Source of the DNA: Heteronotia binoei
Taxonomy: Eukaryota
Direction: 5' to 3'
Length of the DNA stretch: 64,000 bases
NCBI RefSeq assembly: GCF_032191835.1
Contig: NC_083227.1
Span: forward strand, 24,800,001-24,864,000
The notes below the pieces were generated by a model. It did no database searches. It saw only the letters and a list, made by a program, of their open reading frames with translations, and was not told the origin of the DNA. The position numbers were made by a program, and so were the translations under genes. Positions 1 through 13,707 of the stretch are shown in pieces (within the stretch, counting starts at the first letter, position 1; each line of letters starts with the position of its first letter).

Positions 1-6
1 ATCAGC

Positions 7-200
7 CTAGAGCATCCCTGACAATTGTTTGTCCAGCCACTGCTTAAAGACTGCCAGTGAGGGGAGCTCCCCACCTCCCTCGGTAGCTGATTCCACCATT
101 CGACAACTCTTGATGGTAAAAAAGTTTTTCCAAATATCCAGCCGGTATCTTCCTGCCCTTAATTTAAACCCATTATTGCGAGTCCTCTCCTCTGCTGTCA
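7..200 (-). mobile_element. CR1 LINE 3' fragment (end of ORF2)
   Basis: Minus translation GFKLRAGRYRLDIWKNFF...LPSLAVFKQWLDKQLSGML* matches the CR1 ORF2 C-terminus. Confidence 0.8.
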
Positions 201-219
201 ACAGGAACAGCTCCCTGCC

Positions 220-746
220 CTCTGATAGTTTTGTAGAAAAATAGGTAGTAGAATTCATTAGCATAACTCATTAGCATATGCCACCCACCACCCACCAGCC
301 AAAAGCAAGGGGAGACGCGAGAAAGGAGAGCCCCAGGCAAGCGAGGCCTGGACATGGATGACCAAGGCTAGCTGGATCTTATCAGATCTCAGAAACTAAG
401 CAGGACTGCTAGAGATCCAGCCAACCCAAGCAGGTCTCACTCAACTGGGGCTCTGCTTGGCTGCACCCCCCCCCCCCCCAGTCAAAAGGCCTGCAAGTCA
501 CTCGCTGCCCAAAATCACATAAGAAGTGAAGAAAAGGTGGCATGGGCTTCTCCAGGGGTTAATGAGGGCTGCTGGGGGTGTGGCAAAGCCCCTGGTGGCT
601 GGCTGGCTGCCTGCTTTCCTAATCCAGGGATTGTTATGCAGCTGCACCTACTATTCAATCAACAAGATAGGTGGAGAGGAAGAGGAGGAACCATCAGAAA
701 AGTGCAGTGCTGAACTCCTGTGAGCTCCTGCTGAATTCAAGGCCTG
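220..746 (-). mobile_element. Non-autonomous hAT-like DNA element (same family as 14007-14449 and 27407-27871)
   Basis: Shares GTTTTGTAGAAAAATAGGT...CATTAGCATAACTC and GAATTCAAGGCCTG end blocks with the other two copies. Confidence 0.6.
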
Positions 747-925
747 GTAACAGCCCTTCAAATACTTCAAGAGAGCAATCCTGTCCCCCCTCAACTTTCT
801 CTTTTATAGACTGAACATTCCCAAGTAACTCGGCCTTTACTCCTAGGGCTGTTCTCCAGAACTGCACACAATACTCCAGGAAGGGGGGGAACTGTGACAT
901 CTTCTGATTTGGATGCTCTGCCTCT
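747..925 (-). mobile_element. Degraded CR1 RT fragment
   Basis: Minus translation contains LEYCVQFW...LE(V)FEGLL, homologous to the CR1 ORF2 LEYCVQFW motif. Confidence 0.6.
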
Positions 926-1311
926 CCTGGAGTTAATCTCCGGATGACAGAGATCATTTTCCCTGAGAAGATGGCAGCTCTGGAGGGCAGACTCCGTGGC
1001 ATTACCCTCTAATAAGGTTCCTGCCCACCCCAAACCCTATTCATAATGATTATCTGCTTTTAATTGAATCATGACGTAGTCATGTCTGTGAGCCGCCCTG
1101 AGCCCGCCTTTTGGTGGGGGAGGGCGGGATATAAAAATAAAATTTATTATTTATTATTATTATTATTATTACCCTCCCAAGGCTCCACCCCCAAACCACC
1201 AGGAATCTCCCAACCCACAGTTGACAACCCTAATGGCAACTATGGGACTCTGAAGAAGACAAGAAGGGTGGGCCCAAGAGTTCCGTTTAGCCCAGAACAG
1301 TTTCCGATGAA

Positions 1312-1778
1312 GCTTTTTTTGTAGCAGGAACTCCTTTGCATATTAGGCCACACACCCCTGATGTAGCCAATCCTCCTGGAGCTTACAGTAAAAAGGTAAA
1401 GGTAGTCCCCTCTGCAAGCACCAGTCATTTCCAACTCTGGGGTGATGTCGCATCACATTTTCACGGCAGACTTTTTAACGGGGTAGTTTGCCATTGCCTT
1501 CCCCAGTCATCTACACTTTCCCCGCAGCAAGCTGGGTACTCATTTTACCGACCTTGGAAGGATGGAAGGCTGAGTCAACCTTGAACCAGCTACCTGAACC
1601 CAGCTTCCGCCGGGATCGAACTCAGGTCATGAACAGAGAGCTCAGACAGCAGTACTGCAGCCTTACCACTCTGCACCACAGGGCTGCTGGAGCTTACAGT
1701 AGGCCCTCTAAAAAGAGCCCTTTAAGCTCTTGGAGGATTGGCTACATCAAAGGAGTTCCTGCTACAAAAAAAGCCCTG
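1312..1778. mobile_element. Palindromic MITE interrupted by a Sauria SINE
   Basis: Arms GTAGCAGGAACTCCTTTG...GTAGCCAATCCTCC and GGAGGATTGGCTAC...CAAAGGAGTTCCTGCTAC flank the SINE. Confidence 0.75.
1391..1686 (+). mobile_element. Sauria SINE with 15-bp TSD
   Basis: AAAGGTAAAGGTAGTCCCC...CAGCAAGCTGGGTACTCATTTTACCGACC...GGAAGGATGGAAGGCTGAGTCAACC; TSD CTGGAGCTTACAGTA at 1376-1390 and 1687-1701. Confidence 0.85.
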
Positions 1779-2178
1779 GGGGACAGTAAGGTGAACCCAA
1801 GAGGCTCATAAAGGCCAGAGCCTTGTGACAGTGAACTCACAGACTGGGTTCAGAAATATTTGTCTTTCCTGGTTTGGTGAAGAAGCCAGACTCCACCTGC
1901 CTGTCAAGTGACAAATGTACGGAATCCAGGTGACAGTGTGTGTCCAAAAAGGAGAGTAGACAGCTAGGAATCCCTGGATCAGCTTTGAGCGGGAGTTCCT
2001 GTTTTTTCTACATCCACCCAGGAAGCCAAAGTGAGAGGAAGACCAAAGTGGATGATAATGATATTGGATTTATATTCCACCCTATACCCTGAATCTCAGA
2101 ACAGTCACAATCTCCTTTACCTTCAGGAGAGCCAGTATGGTGTAGTGCTTAGTTTCTGAGATCTGATAAGATCCAGCT

Positions 2179-2452
2179 AGCCTTGGTGTAGTGGTTAAGT
2201 GTGTAGACTCTTCTCTGGGAGAACCGGGTTTGATTCCCCACTCCTCCACTTGCACCTGCTGGAATGGCCTTGGGTCAGCCATAGCTCTGGCAGAGGTTTT
2301 CCTTGAAAGGGCAGCTGCTGTGAGAGCCCTCTCCAGCCCCACCCAGCTCACAGGGGGTCTATTGTGGGGGAGGAAGGTAAAGGAGATTGTGAGCCGCTCT
2401 GAGACTCTTCGGAGTGGAGGGCGGGATATAACTCCAATATCTTCTTCTTCTT
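2179..2452 (+). mobile_element. tRNA-derived SINE with L2/MIR-like tail (family A)
   Basis: Head TTGGTGTAGTGGTTAAG (A box)...GGTTTGATTCCCC (B box), CCCACC..CTCACAGGG stem, (TTC)n tail; at least 13 copies in the window. Confidence 0.8.
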
Positions 2453-2455
2453 CTT

Positions 2456-2643
2456 CCCCTCCCCCAACAGACACCCTGTGAGGTAGGTGGGGCTGAGAGA
2501 GCTCTCCCAGAAGCTGGCCTCTCAAGGACAACTCTGCGAGAGCTATGGCTAACCCAAGGCCGTTCCAGTAGCTGCAAGTGGAGAATCAAACTTGGTTCTC
2601 CCAGACAAGAGTCCACACACTTAACCACTACACCAAACTGGCT
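2456..2643 (-). mobile_element. tRNA-derived SINE family A (tail-to-tail with the previous copy)
   Basis: Ends in CTTAACCACTACACCAAACTGGCT, the reverse complement of the family A head. Confidence 0.75.
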
Positions 2644-2649
2644 GTGCGG

Positions 2650-3020
2650 ACAGGTTACATGATGGGCAGTAGGTTCACGACAAAAGGAAATGCTATTTTA
2701 CACAGAAAGTGATTAAAATGTGGGCATCGTTGCCAAAAGGTGTAGTGACGGCCATAGGAGTCAACAGCTTGAAAAGAGGATTGGAGAGATTCACGGAGGT
2801 GAAGTCTATCAATGCCTACTAACCATGGTGACTGAGGGGAACCTGCATGTTCAGAGGCACTAACCTCTGAATCCAAGTCAGGAGGCTACCTCAGGGGAAG
2901 GCCTTGGCCTCTTTGCCCTGTTGTTTGCTGTCCAGAAGAACTGTTTGGTCACTGTGTGAGGCTGGAAGCTGGGCTAGGTGGACCACTGGTCTGATCCAGC
3001 AGGGCTCCTCTTATGTTCTT
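2650..3020 (+). mobile_element. Old CR1 3' fragment
   Basis: YFTQ.VI..W..LP-like coding remnant followed by a CR1 3'UTR ending TCTTATGTTCTT. Confidence 0.6.
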
Positions 3021-3784
3021 GTCTGCACGGGGTTTCTCTCTGACAAAATATTCCGCTGCCCCCTCCATCTCATTGTTACATCAATCACAAAATAATTAAG
3101 AGCGCAATGAACCAAGTTGGATTTCACATTTAATCATGCTGCTGGGATTCAACCCCCCTCCCCCAAGTAAGAGAATGCTAAGCACTGAGTTAACCAGTAT
3201 ATCATAATGGAATGCATAAAAGACATTTTTTTAAAGCCCTCCCAAAGTTTATAACCCAGAACACTAGTCATTTTGTAGAATAAGAGGTGCCAGAGCCCAC
3301 AAGCACAACTCATTTGCATATGCCACATGCTGCTGACATCACCAGAAGGTGTACTAAATTACATCAGCTCAGCCCTTAAAATGCTTCTTGAATTATAATT
3401 GTCGTAACAAAACCTTACTCCCATCATACTCTTAAAAATTACTTTTTCCTATGTGGCCACAGTGGCATGATGAAGATTTCCATCTGTCTGCTTTATATGT
3501 TTCGATTATTTTCCCTTTTTTTGCGGGGGGAAATATTTAAGTTTGTCAAATCTTAGAGTTCAGCAAAATTCTCACAGGGGGGTTGAACAATTAAGCAATT
3601 ATGGGGGGTGGGGGAGAGAAGCAAAGAGCACAATAAAATTTAGAGGTTCCGGAGCTCTGCTCCTATGAGCTCCTGCCCAAAATGAGACCTGGCCCTGAAA
3701 CAGGAGGAGGTATGGACAACAATTCGTGAGACAGGGTAGCAAGCCTTTCAGAAAGAATCAGGATGGGAAAACGTGTCCTGTAGG

Positions 3785-3978
3785 CAGTGTTCCCTCTAAG
3801 CTGAGTTAGTGTGAGCTAGCTCACAGATTTTTAGCCTCTAGCTCCCACATTTTTGTCTTAGTCCAGGAAGGATGACCCCAGAGCATACTAATTTATTCAG
3901 TAGCTCACAACGTTAATGCCTGTAGCTTACAAAGTAGAATTTTTGCTCACAAAACTCTGCAGCTTAGAGAGAACATTG
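3785..3978. mobile_element. hAT MITE (CAGTGTTCCCTCTAAGCTG termini), 8-bp TSD
   Basis: TIR CAGTGTTCCCTCTAAGCTG / CAGCTTAGAGAGAACATTG; TSD CCTGTAGG at 3777-3784 and 3979-3986. Confidence 0.8.
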
Positions 3979-4413
3979 CCTGTAGGAAGTGTTGCCAAAT
4001 CCGGGTTGGGAAATATTCAGGATTTTTTGGGGGGCGGGGGGGATGCCTGGAAGGGTGGGATTTGGGGAAGGGAAGGACCTCAGTGAGGTATAATGCTATA
4101 GAGTCCACCCTCTGAAACGGCCATTTTCTATAGTCTTGCCATTTTGGGAGCTCTCCAAGTTTTTCCTGGAGATTGGCAGCCCTGTCCAGACGGGCAGCAG
4201 CTGCCCAGGGTCTCGGAGGGGGGGGGCGTTGCATCAGCTTCTACCTGGTCTTTACTGGAGACACAAGACCTTCTGAATGCTAAGCAGATGCTCTACCACT
4301 GAGCCATGCCTCCCTCCCTAAACGAACCTGCTTTTTCCTGAGATGCTTGGTTGACCTCATCTTTTGAACGGGAGATCCATCAGTGGCTCTTGGCCACAAG
4401 GTATAGATGGAAC

Positions 4414-4571
4414 CAGGGGTGGAATTCTAGCAGGAGCTTCTTTGCATATTAGGCCACACACACCCTGATGTAGCCAGTCTTCCAAGAGCTTACAAGGCTC
4501 TTTTTGTAAGCTTTTGGAGGATTGGCTACATCAGGGGTGTGCAGCCTGATATGCACAGAATTCCACCCATG
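4414..4571. mobile_element. Palindromic hAT MITE inserted in a CR1 3'UTR remnant
   Basis: CAGGGGTGGAATTCTAGCAGG... hairpin; near-TSD GATGGAAC / GACGGAAC. Confidence 0.7.
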
Positions 4572-4852
4572 GACGGAACACTATGGCTGGGGCAGTGATG
4601 CTCTGTATTCTTGGTGCTTGATGAGCAATAGCAGGAGGGCTTCAGGAATATTGGCCCTACTGGTGGACTTCCTGACAGCACCTGGGTTTTGGCCGCCGTG
4701 TGGCACAGAAGCCACATTCACACACACTAAAACAATGAATTTTCATTCCATTTCAAAGCAATTTGCAACCTGCATCTGGATTTGACTGTGTGAAATGGCA
4801 ACCTCCACTTGCAAATGGTCGCTGAGGTGGATTGAAACTGTATTATTTAGCT

Positions 4853-5160
4853 CAGGGGTGGCCAAACTTGTTTAATGTAAAAGCCACATCGAATAAATGT
4901 CAGATGTTTAAGAACCACAAATCATGAACATCAGATGTTTGCGAGCTGCAAGACGAGGAGGGAGGGAGGGAGGAAAATAGTTGGGAGGGAAGGAGGGAGA
5001 GGTGGAAAGAAAGTGACTTTGAGGCTTGGCTTGGAGAAAAGATTTAAAGAGATAAATGTCTTCTCCAAGCCAGCTGACAGGGTGGTGGGGGCTTCAAGAG
5101 TCACACAATTTGCATGAAAGAGCCACAGGTGGCTCCCAAGGTGCAGTTTGGCCATCTCTA
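4853..5160. mobile_element. Non-autonomous hAT (CAGGGGTGGCCAAAC TIR; Charlie/Buster-like), 8-bp TSD
   Basis: TSD ATTTAGCT at 4845-4852 and 5161-5168; interrupts an older palindromic element (about 4712-5185). Confidence 0.8.
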
Positions 5161-5745
5161 ATTTAGCTCGTGTGAAAGTGCTTATAATAGTGTTGGACAG
5201 GATAGGCTACTGAACTGATCCAACATGGCTTCTCTTACGCTCTTATGAGATGCCCGGGATTGAACCTGGGTCCTTCTGCATACTGAGCAAATGGTCTACC
5301 ATTGTCCCACAACCACTCCAAAATGTGAATCCATCAACTGACTTGGCAACATTACTTTTGCGTTCTTCTTAAGTACAGTGCTAGCCCTACTATGAAGCAA
5401 GTGGCAGATTTCAGGTGCCGTTTCAGTGGTGTATAGAGAGGGCTGGCACTATGTTGGCACAGTGCTGTCCCCATTCAAAGCCAAAGAGATCCACCCGGGA
5501 GAGGTGATATAGAGTACTATACAGTGGGAGGGAAAACCCTGACCTTTTGGTCTTGAGGGGGGAGTGCTGCTTTGAGAACCCCAGCAAGGGACCCTGGCCC
5601 AGCGTTCCAGAAGAAAGCCATCCAAAACAAATTTATTAGACGTCTCCCTGGTTCTAAAGCAATTAGCATCCAAGGAAGTGTACAAGATTGCATCACCTCT
5701 TGTGTCAAGAGCAGGATTTCTGCAACCCTCCAGTTTTGTAGTTCT

Positions 5746-7898
<2,153 letters not shown>

Positions 7899-7906
7899 TT
7901 ATCAGT

Positions 7907-10900
7907 CAATTAAACTAAATCTTGGGGGAAAGCCGATAGGAGATGAAATGTCTCTGGTTCGGGAGGACTCGTCTCAAAGAGATGAAGGGTTAGCTGCTAT
8001 TTTTCTACCGGGTAACGGACCGGAGTTGTCCACTGTGAAGGTGACAAACAATATGGACTGTCTGCCAGTGTCTCGAGGCGGCAGGAGGAAGGTGGCGGGC
8101 CTAGCTCGCCTGGGAAATTATAGATGTTTGTATGCAAATGCTAGAAGTGTTCAAAGTAAAATTGGTGAATTGGAATGTTTAGTGCTGGGAGAAAACATAG
8201 ACATTGTGGGAATTTCAGAAACTTGGTGGAATGAGGAGAATCAGTGGGACACGGTGATTCCTGGATATAAGCTATATCGGAAGGATAGGGAGGGAAGGGT
8301 TGGAGGTGGGGTGGCTCTGTATGTAAGAGAGGATATACGGTCCAGTAAGGCTGAGATCAGAGAATTAGATTCACTTTTAGAAATGCTTTGGGTTGAAATA
8401 GAGGGCCCAAAAGGAAATTTAACTATGGGAGTTTGTTATCGCCCACCAAATCAAAAGAGAGAGGACGATTATAATATGATGGAAGGCTTAAAGATAGCGG
8501 CTAAACGTAAAAACTGTGTTGTAATAGGTGATTTTAACTACCCGCAGATTGATTGGGTCAATATGTGTTCTGGTCGAGAGAAAGAGATTGAGTTTCTTGA
8601 TGCTCTCAATGACTGTGCTATGGAGCAGATGGTCTCAGAACCTACCAGGGGTGGGGCGATCCTGGATTTGGTCCTAAGTAATGCCCAAGACTTGGTGAGA
8701 GATGTAAAAGTGATTGCGCCGCTTGGGAGCAGTGACCATAATGTTATTGATTTCACCGTTTGTATAAATAGGGAGTTGTCCAAAAAGACCACCACAACCA
8801 CGTTTAACTTTAAAAGGGGTAAATACACTGAGATGAGGAGGCATGTGAGGAAGAAACTGAAAGGAAAGGTACATACGGTCAAAACCCTTGAGAAAGCTTG
8901 GACGCTATTTAAAACTATAATCCTAGAAGCTCAGATAAAATACATACCACAAGTTAGGAAAGGCACAAACAGGCATAAGAAAAGGCCTGCGTGGTTAACA
9001 AATAAAGTAATGGAAGCTGTAAAAGGTAAGAAGGACTCCTTTAAGCGGTGGAAAACCAGTCCAAGTGAGATTAGTAAAAGGGAACACAGGCTGTGGCAAA
9101 TCAAATGCAAGACTGTGATCAGGCAGGCAAAAAGGGACTATGAGGAGCATATTGCAAAAAACATAAAGACCAACAATAAAACTTTCTTCAAATATATTAG
9201 AAGTAGGAAACCAGCCAGGGAGGCAGTGGGGCCCTTGGATGACCATGGGGTAAAAGGATTACTGAAGGAGGATAGGGAAATGGCTGAAAAGCTAAATGAA
9301 TTTTTTGCCTCCGTCTTCACTGTAGAAGACGAGAACTTTTTGCCCGCCCCAGAACCACTAATTTTGGAAGGGGTGTTGAAAGACCTGAGTCAGATTGAGG
9401 TGACAAATGAGGAGGTCCTACAACTGATAGACAAATTAAAAACTAATAAGTCACCGGGTCCGGATGGCATACATCCGAGAGTTCTGAAGGAACTCAAAGT
9501 TGAACTTGTGGATCTTCTAACAAAAATCTGTAATCTTTCATTGAAATCTGCCTCCATTCCTGAGGACTGGAAGGTAGCAAATGTCACCCCCATCTTTAAA
9601 AAAGGTTCCAGAGGAGATCCGGGAAACTACAGGCCAGTCAGTCTGACTTCAATACCGGGAAAGTTGGTAGAAACCATTATCAAGGACAGAATGAGTAGGC
9701 ACATTGATGAACACGGGTTATTGAGGAAGACTCAGCATGGGTTCTGCAAGGGAAGATCTTGCCTCACTAACCTGTTGCATTTCTTTGAGGGGGTGAACAA
9801 ACATGTGGACAAAGGAGACCCGATAGATGTTGTTTACCTTGACTTCCAGAAAGCTTTTGATAAAGTTCCTCATCAAAGGCTCCTTAGAAAGCTTGAGAAT
9901 CATGGAGTAAAAGGACAGGTCCTCTTGTGGATCAAAAACTGGCTGAGTAATAGGAAGCAGAGAGTGAGTATAAATGGGCAGTCTTCGCAGTGGAGGGCGG
10001 TAAGCAGTGGGGTGCCGCAGGGCTCGGTACTGGGTCCCATGCTTTTTAACTTGTTCATAAATGATTTAGAGTTCGGAGTGAGCAGTGAAGTGGCCAAGTT
10101 TGCGGATGACACTAAATTGTTCAGGGTGGTGAGAACCAGAGAGGATTGTGAGGAACTCCAAAGGGATCTGTTGAGGCTGGGTGAGTGGGCGTCAACGTGG
10201 CAGATGCGGTTCAATGTGGCCAAGTGCAAAGTAATGCACATTGGGGCTAAGAATCCCAGCTACAAATACAAGTTGATGGGGTGTGAACTGGCAGAGACTG
10301 ATCAAGAGAGAGATCTTGGGGTCATGATAGATAACTCACTGAAAGTGTCAAGACAGTGTGCGTTTGCAATAAAAAAGGCCAATGCCATGCTGGGAATTAT
10401 TAGGAAGGGAATTGAAAACAAATCAGCCAGTATCATAATGCCCCTGTATAAATCGATGGTGCGGTCTCATTTGGAGTACTGTGTGCAGTTCTGGTCGCCG
10501 CACCTCAAAAAGGATATTATAGCTTTAGAGAAGGTGCAGAGAAGGGCAACTAGAATGATTAAAGGGCTGGAGCACTTTCCCTATGAAGAAAGGTTGAAAC
10601 GCTTGGGACTCTTTAGCTTGGAGAAACGTCGACTGCGGGGTGACATGATAGAGGTTTACAAGATAATGCATGGAATGGAGAAAGTAGAGAAAGAAGTACT
10701 TTTCTCCCTTTCTCACAATACAAGAACTCGTGGGCATTCGATGAAATTGCTGAGCAGACAGGTTAAGACGGATAAAAGGAAGTACTTCTTCACCCAAAGG
10801 GTGATTAACATGTGGAATTCACTGCCACAGGAGGTGGTGGCGGCCACAAGTATAGCCACCTTCAAGAGGGGTTTAGATAAAAATATGGAGCACAGGTCCA

Positions 10901-11063
10901 TCAGTGGCTATTAGCCACAGTGTATGGAGCACAGGTCCACCAGTGGCTATTAGCCACAGTGTATGTGTGTATATAACATTTTTTGCCACTGTGTGACACA
11001 GAGTGTTGGACTTGATGGGCCGTTGGCCTGATCCAACATGGCTTCTCTTATGTTCTTATGTTC
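7907..11063 (+). mobile_element. 5'-truncated CR1 LINE with intact ORF2
   Basis: Ends in a (TTCTTATG)n tail; candidate 8-bp TSD TTATCAGT at 7899-7906 and 11064-11071; 39-bp tandem duplication at 10884-10961. Confidence 0.92.
7948..10914 (+). CDS. CR1 ORF2: APE endonuclease + reverse transcriptase (988 aa)
   Basis: EN motifs YANARS, GISETWW, GDFNYP, SSDHNVI; RT motifs QHGF, YLDFQKAFD, GVPQGSVLGP, FADD; no stops. Confidence 0.95.
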   Translation: MSLVREDSSQRDEGLAAIFLPGNGPELSTVKVTNNMDCLPVSRGGRRKVAGLARLGNYRCLYANARSVQSKIGELECLVLGENIDIVGISETWWNEENQWDTVIPGYKLYRKDREGRVGGGVALYVREDIRSSKAEIRELDSLLEMLWVEIEGPKGNLTMGVCYRPPNQKREDDYNMMEGLKIAAKRKNCVVIGDFNYPQIDWVNMCSGREKEIEFLDALNDCAMEQMVSEPTRGGAILDLVLSNAQDLVRDVKVIAPLGSSDHNVIDFTVCINRELSKKTTTTTFNFKRGKYTEMRRHVRKKLKGKVHTVKTLEKAWTLFKTIILEAQIKYIPQVRKGTNRHKKRPAWLTNKVMEAVKGKKDSFKRWKTSPSEISKREHRLWQIKCKTVIRQAKRDYEEHIAKNIKTNNKTFFKYIRSRKPAREAVGPLDDHGVKGLLKEDREMAEKLNEFFASVFTVEDENFLPAPEPLILEGVLKDLSQIEVTNEEVLQLIDKLKTNKSPGPDGIHPRVLKELKVELVDLLTKICNLSLKSASIPEDWKVANVTPIFKKGSRGDPGNYRPVSLTSIPGKLVETIIKDRMSRHIDEHGLLRKTQHGFCKGRSCLTNLLHFFEGVNKHVDKGDPIDVVYLDFQKAFDKVPHQRLLRKLENHGVKGQVLLWIKNWLSNRKQRVSINGQSSQWRAVSSGVPQGSVLGPMLFNLFINDLEFGVSSEVAKFADDTKLFRVVRTREDCEELQRDLLRLGEWASTWQMRFNVAKCKVMHIGAKNPSYKYKLMGCELAETDQERDLGVMIDNSLKVSRQCAFAIKKANAMLGIIRKGIENKSASIIMPLYKSMVRSHLEYCVQFWSPHLKKDIIALEKVQRRATRMIKGLEHFPYEERLKRLGLFSLEKRRLRGDMIEVYKIMHGMEKVEKEVLFSLSHNTRTRGHSMKLLSRQVKTDKRKYFFTQRVINMWNSLPQEVVAATSIATFKRGLDKNMEHRSISGY

Positions 11064-11399
11064 TTATCAGTGAATTTATCCTTAATAGGATATATATGTG
11101 TGTGTGTATTTATTGGCAAACTGGACTTTATCTTAAATCCTAAATAATATTTTCTAGAAGGTTATATATACTATAGTACTTTATGCAAAGTAGAATTTTG
11201 CTATGCGTGGAATTAATCTACTTGACACTACTTCATCCAACAAGGTTCTGTATAACTTGGAATTTTCAATAAACTTTATCATATGTTGTTGTTATTTGTT
11301 TATTTATATTCTGCCCATTCCCCCGTTTGGGGGTTCTAAAAAAAGAAGAAGATCTCAATAGCTCAGCTGGGTTGACCAGGCCCTGATTAGTATTCAGAC

Positions 11400-11750
11400 A
11401 GGAGACCATCAAGAAAGTCCAGGGTTGCTATGTGGAGGCAGGCAAAATGGCAAACTACCCCTTTGCTCCATATGCTTATCCAGTACCCTCTTGAAACTGT
11501 CTATGCTTGCAGCCGCCACCACCTCCTGTGGCAGTGAATTCCACGTGTTAATTACCCTTTGGGAGAAGACGTACTTCCTTTTATCCATTCTAACCTGACT
11601 GCTCAGCAATTTCATTGAGTGCCCACGAGTTCTCGTATTGTGAGAAAGAGAGAAAAGAACTTCTTTCTCTGCCTTCTCTATCCCATGCATAATTTTGTAA
11701 ACCTCGATCATGTCACCCCTCAGTCAATGTTTCTCCAAGCTAAACTAGAG
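11400..11750 (-). mobile_element. CR1 3' coding fragment
   Basis: Minus ORF MIEVYKIMHGIEKAEKEVLF...NTWNSLPQEVV is nearly identical to the C-terminus of the 7948 ORF. Confidence 0.85.
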
Positions 11751-12279
11751 GTTGGCAGCCCTAGGAAGCAAAGATAGAGAGCCTGCATGTTTCTGGAGCA
11801 AAATAAGCAGCAGAAAAAGAGCCAGTCAGATATGGCAGCCGTGTTCTCTTATGAAATGGTTTTGTGGGAGAAACGTGAGCGGGCAAAAAGAGGTAAAACA
11901 GTTCCTCTTTACCAGACTCGCTTTATTTGTCAGAGGCTGGGTTGCAGGAGAGATAGTAGGAGAACACTGCCTCCCCACACTTTACACATGAACAGGGCAA
12001 ACCCAGTTATAAATATGTACACACAGGTAGGGAGGTATACATGGCTTGCCCTTCTTCATTTTATTCTCACAACAACTCTGTCAGGTAGGCTAGGCTCAAG
12101 GGAGCATGACTGGTCTAAGGTCAGTCTCAAGACAACTGAGAATTCGAACTGGGGTCTTTTACACAAGCAATTTTCCTCCCCACCCCATCCTGTCCAGTTT
12201 GGCCCACTGTGTAAGGATTTCATTTCCCTGCATACCTCTTTGGGAGTGAACTGAGAAGAATTGGGGATCTGGATCTAAC

Positions 12280-12382
12280 CTGGCAGCATTCTCAGGATCT
12301 TCCTGCATGACGTCCTTGCATGGGGTCCGTGTCCAATGAGCCACTTTAAAACATGCTTTGTGCACAGCTTTTGTTCAAGCTC
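12280..12382 (-). other. Candidate internal exon of ZNF gene 1 with degenerate KRAB-A-like sequence
   Basis: Acceptor GGTTTTTCAG, donor CAG|GTTAGA; one frame reads CKDVMQEDPENAARL (compare KRAB-A YKEVMQENYENVASL). Confidence 0.4.
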
Positions 12383-12615
12383 CTGAAAAACCAAGCAGGC
12401 TTGAATTAGTCACACATGAATAGATATAACTGAGAAACAAGCGACTGCTGTATATAAAATCCCTCTCCTCACTCATTGGGTGAGCTGCTGTGATGTCACA
12501 GAAGGGGCACCAGAATTCTAGTGCCAGAGAGTAAATAAGACAGGAGAACTATCAGCTGGTGAGACTCAAAGAAAAGGTTGGGTTTTGCTGATGGGGGAAA
12601 AAAAATCTACACTTG

Positions 12616-13191
12616 CAGGGGTGTCGAACTCATTTGTTATGCGGGCCGGATCTGACATAAATAAGACCTTGTTGGGATGGGCCATGTCAGGTTGGGCTGA
12701 GCCATGTCAGGCTTGGCCATGTGTGTACCTATTTAAGATTAGGTAGCGGAGATATAAATTTTATAAGGAACACAGACATTAAAACATTAGCACTCATTGG
12801 TCTTAAAGATGCTTTCTTTTTATTTCCTGGGGGAAAGGAAGCTCTGGCTCTTTCCTTCTTTCCCCAGGGGACTGGGGGGTGGGAGGAGCCTCAGCCAATA
12901 GAAGGAAGAGAGGCGTGACTCAATAGCTCTGCTGTGCAATCAAGAGAGCCTGGCAAAGCACGTTATTCCTCCCCCCTTCCTCCCCAAGGGAGGAGCCCTA
13001 ACCAGTGGAGAAAATACAGGTTTTGCTCTGTAGCTCCTGTGCAATTGAGCAAGCCTTATAAAGCAAGCTGTTATGCAGAAAGAAGCAAGATGTAGGGAGA
13101 AGGAAGCACATGACAGCCAGTTGCTTGGGGGCCTGATAGGAGACCTCTGGGGGTCTGACTCGGCCACCGAACTGCATGTTTGACACCCCTG
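12616..13191. mobile_element. Non-autonomous hAT-like element (CAGGGGTGTC(G/A)AAC TIR)
   Basis: TIR CAGGGGTGTCGAAC / GTTTGACACCCCTG; related copy at about 28600-29098; TSD not recognisable. Confidence 0.7.
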
Positions 13192-13707
13192 ATCTACAGG
13201 ACCCAGAAGAAGAGGGAATATGTGCCATAGGGAGGGGTGTAGGAAAGAATGGGGAGAGGGGTTCAGAAGACAACATTGTCTGGCTATTTATTTATTTTGT
13301 GTGTGTGTATGAGAGAGAGAGAGAGTGATCCTTGGTTGCCAGCAAGTTTCCATGGCAGAGTGGAGATATGAACACCCTGGATCCTAGTTCAACACGCTAA
13401 CTCCTGCATGCAAAAAGATGAAGAAGGATATAATCTTGGTGCAAAGGAGTCTGGAGACACCATGGAGGCTTATCAATCCTGCCTCCAGCTCTCCTATGCA
13501 ATTGCAATCCTACATTCTAACCCAAATTACTGGAATAGCAAAACCCAAGATTTACACCCAGCTTAAGGCATGTGAATTGTTAACCTCCATTCCGATAAAT
13601 CTTGCTGCTAGAAGACAGATTCAGGTGGTTAGCTCTGTTGGTCTGAGGCAACAGAACAAAGTTTGAGCCCAGTGGCACCATTAAGAATAAAGGTTTAATT
13701 TTAATAG

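Noticed and set aside
2082-2628. Recurring short ORFs such as MVKCVDSYLGEPGLIPHSS... seen many times
   Set aside because: Translations of family A SINE copies, not a protein family.
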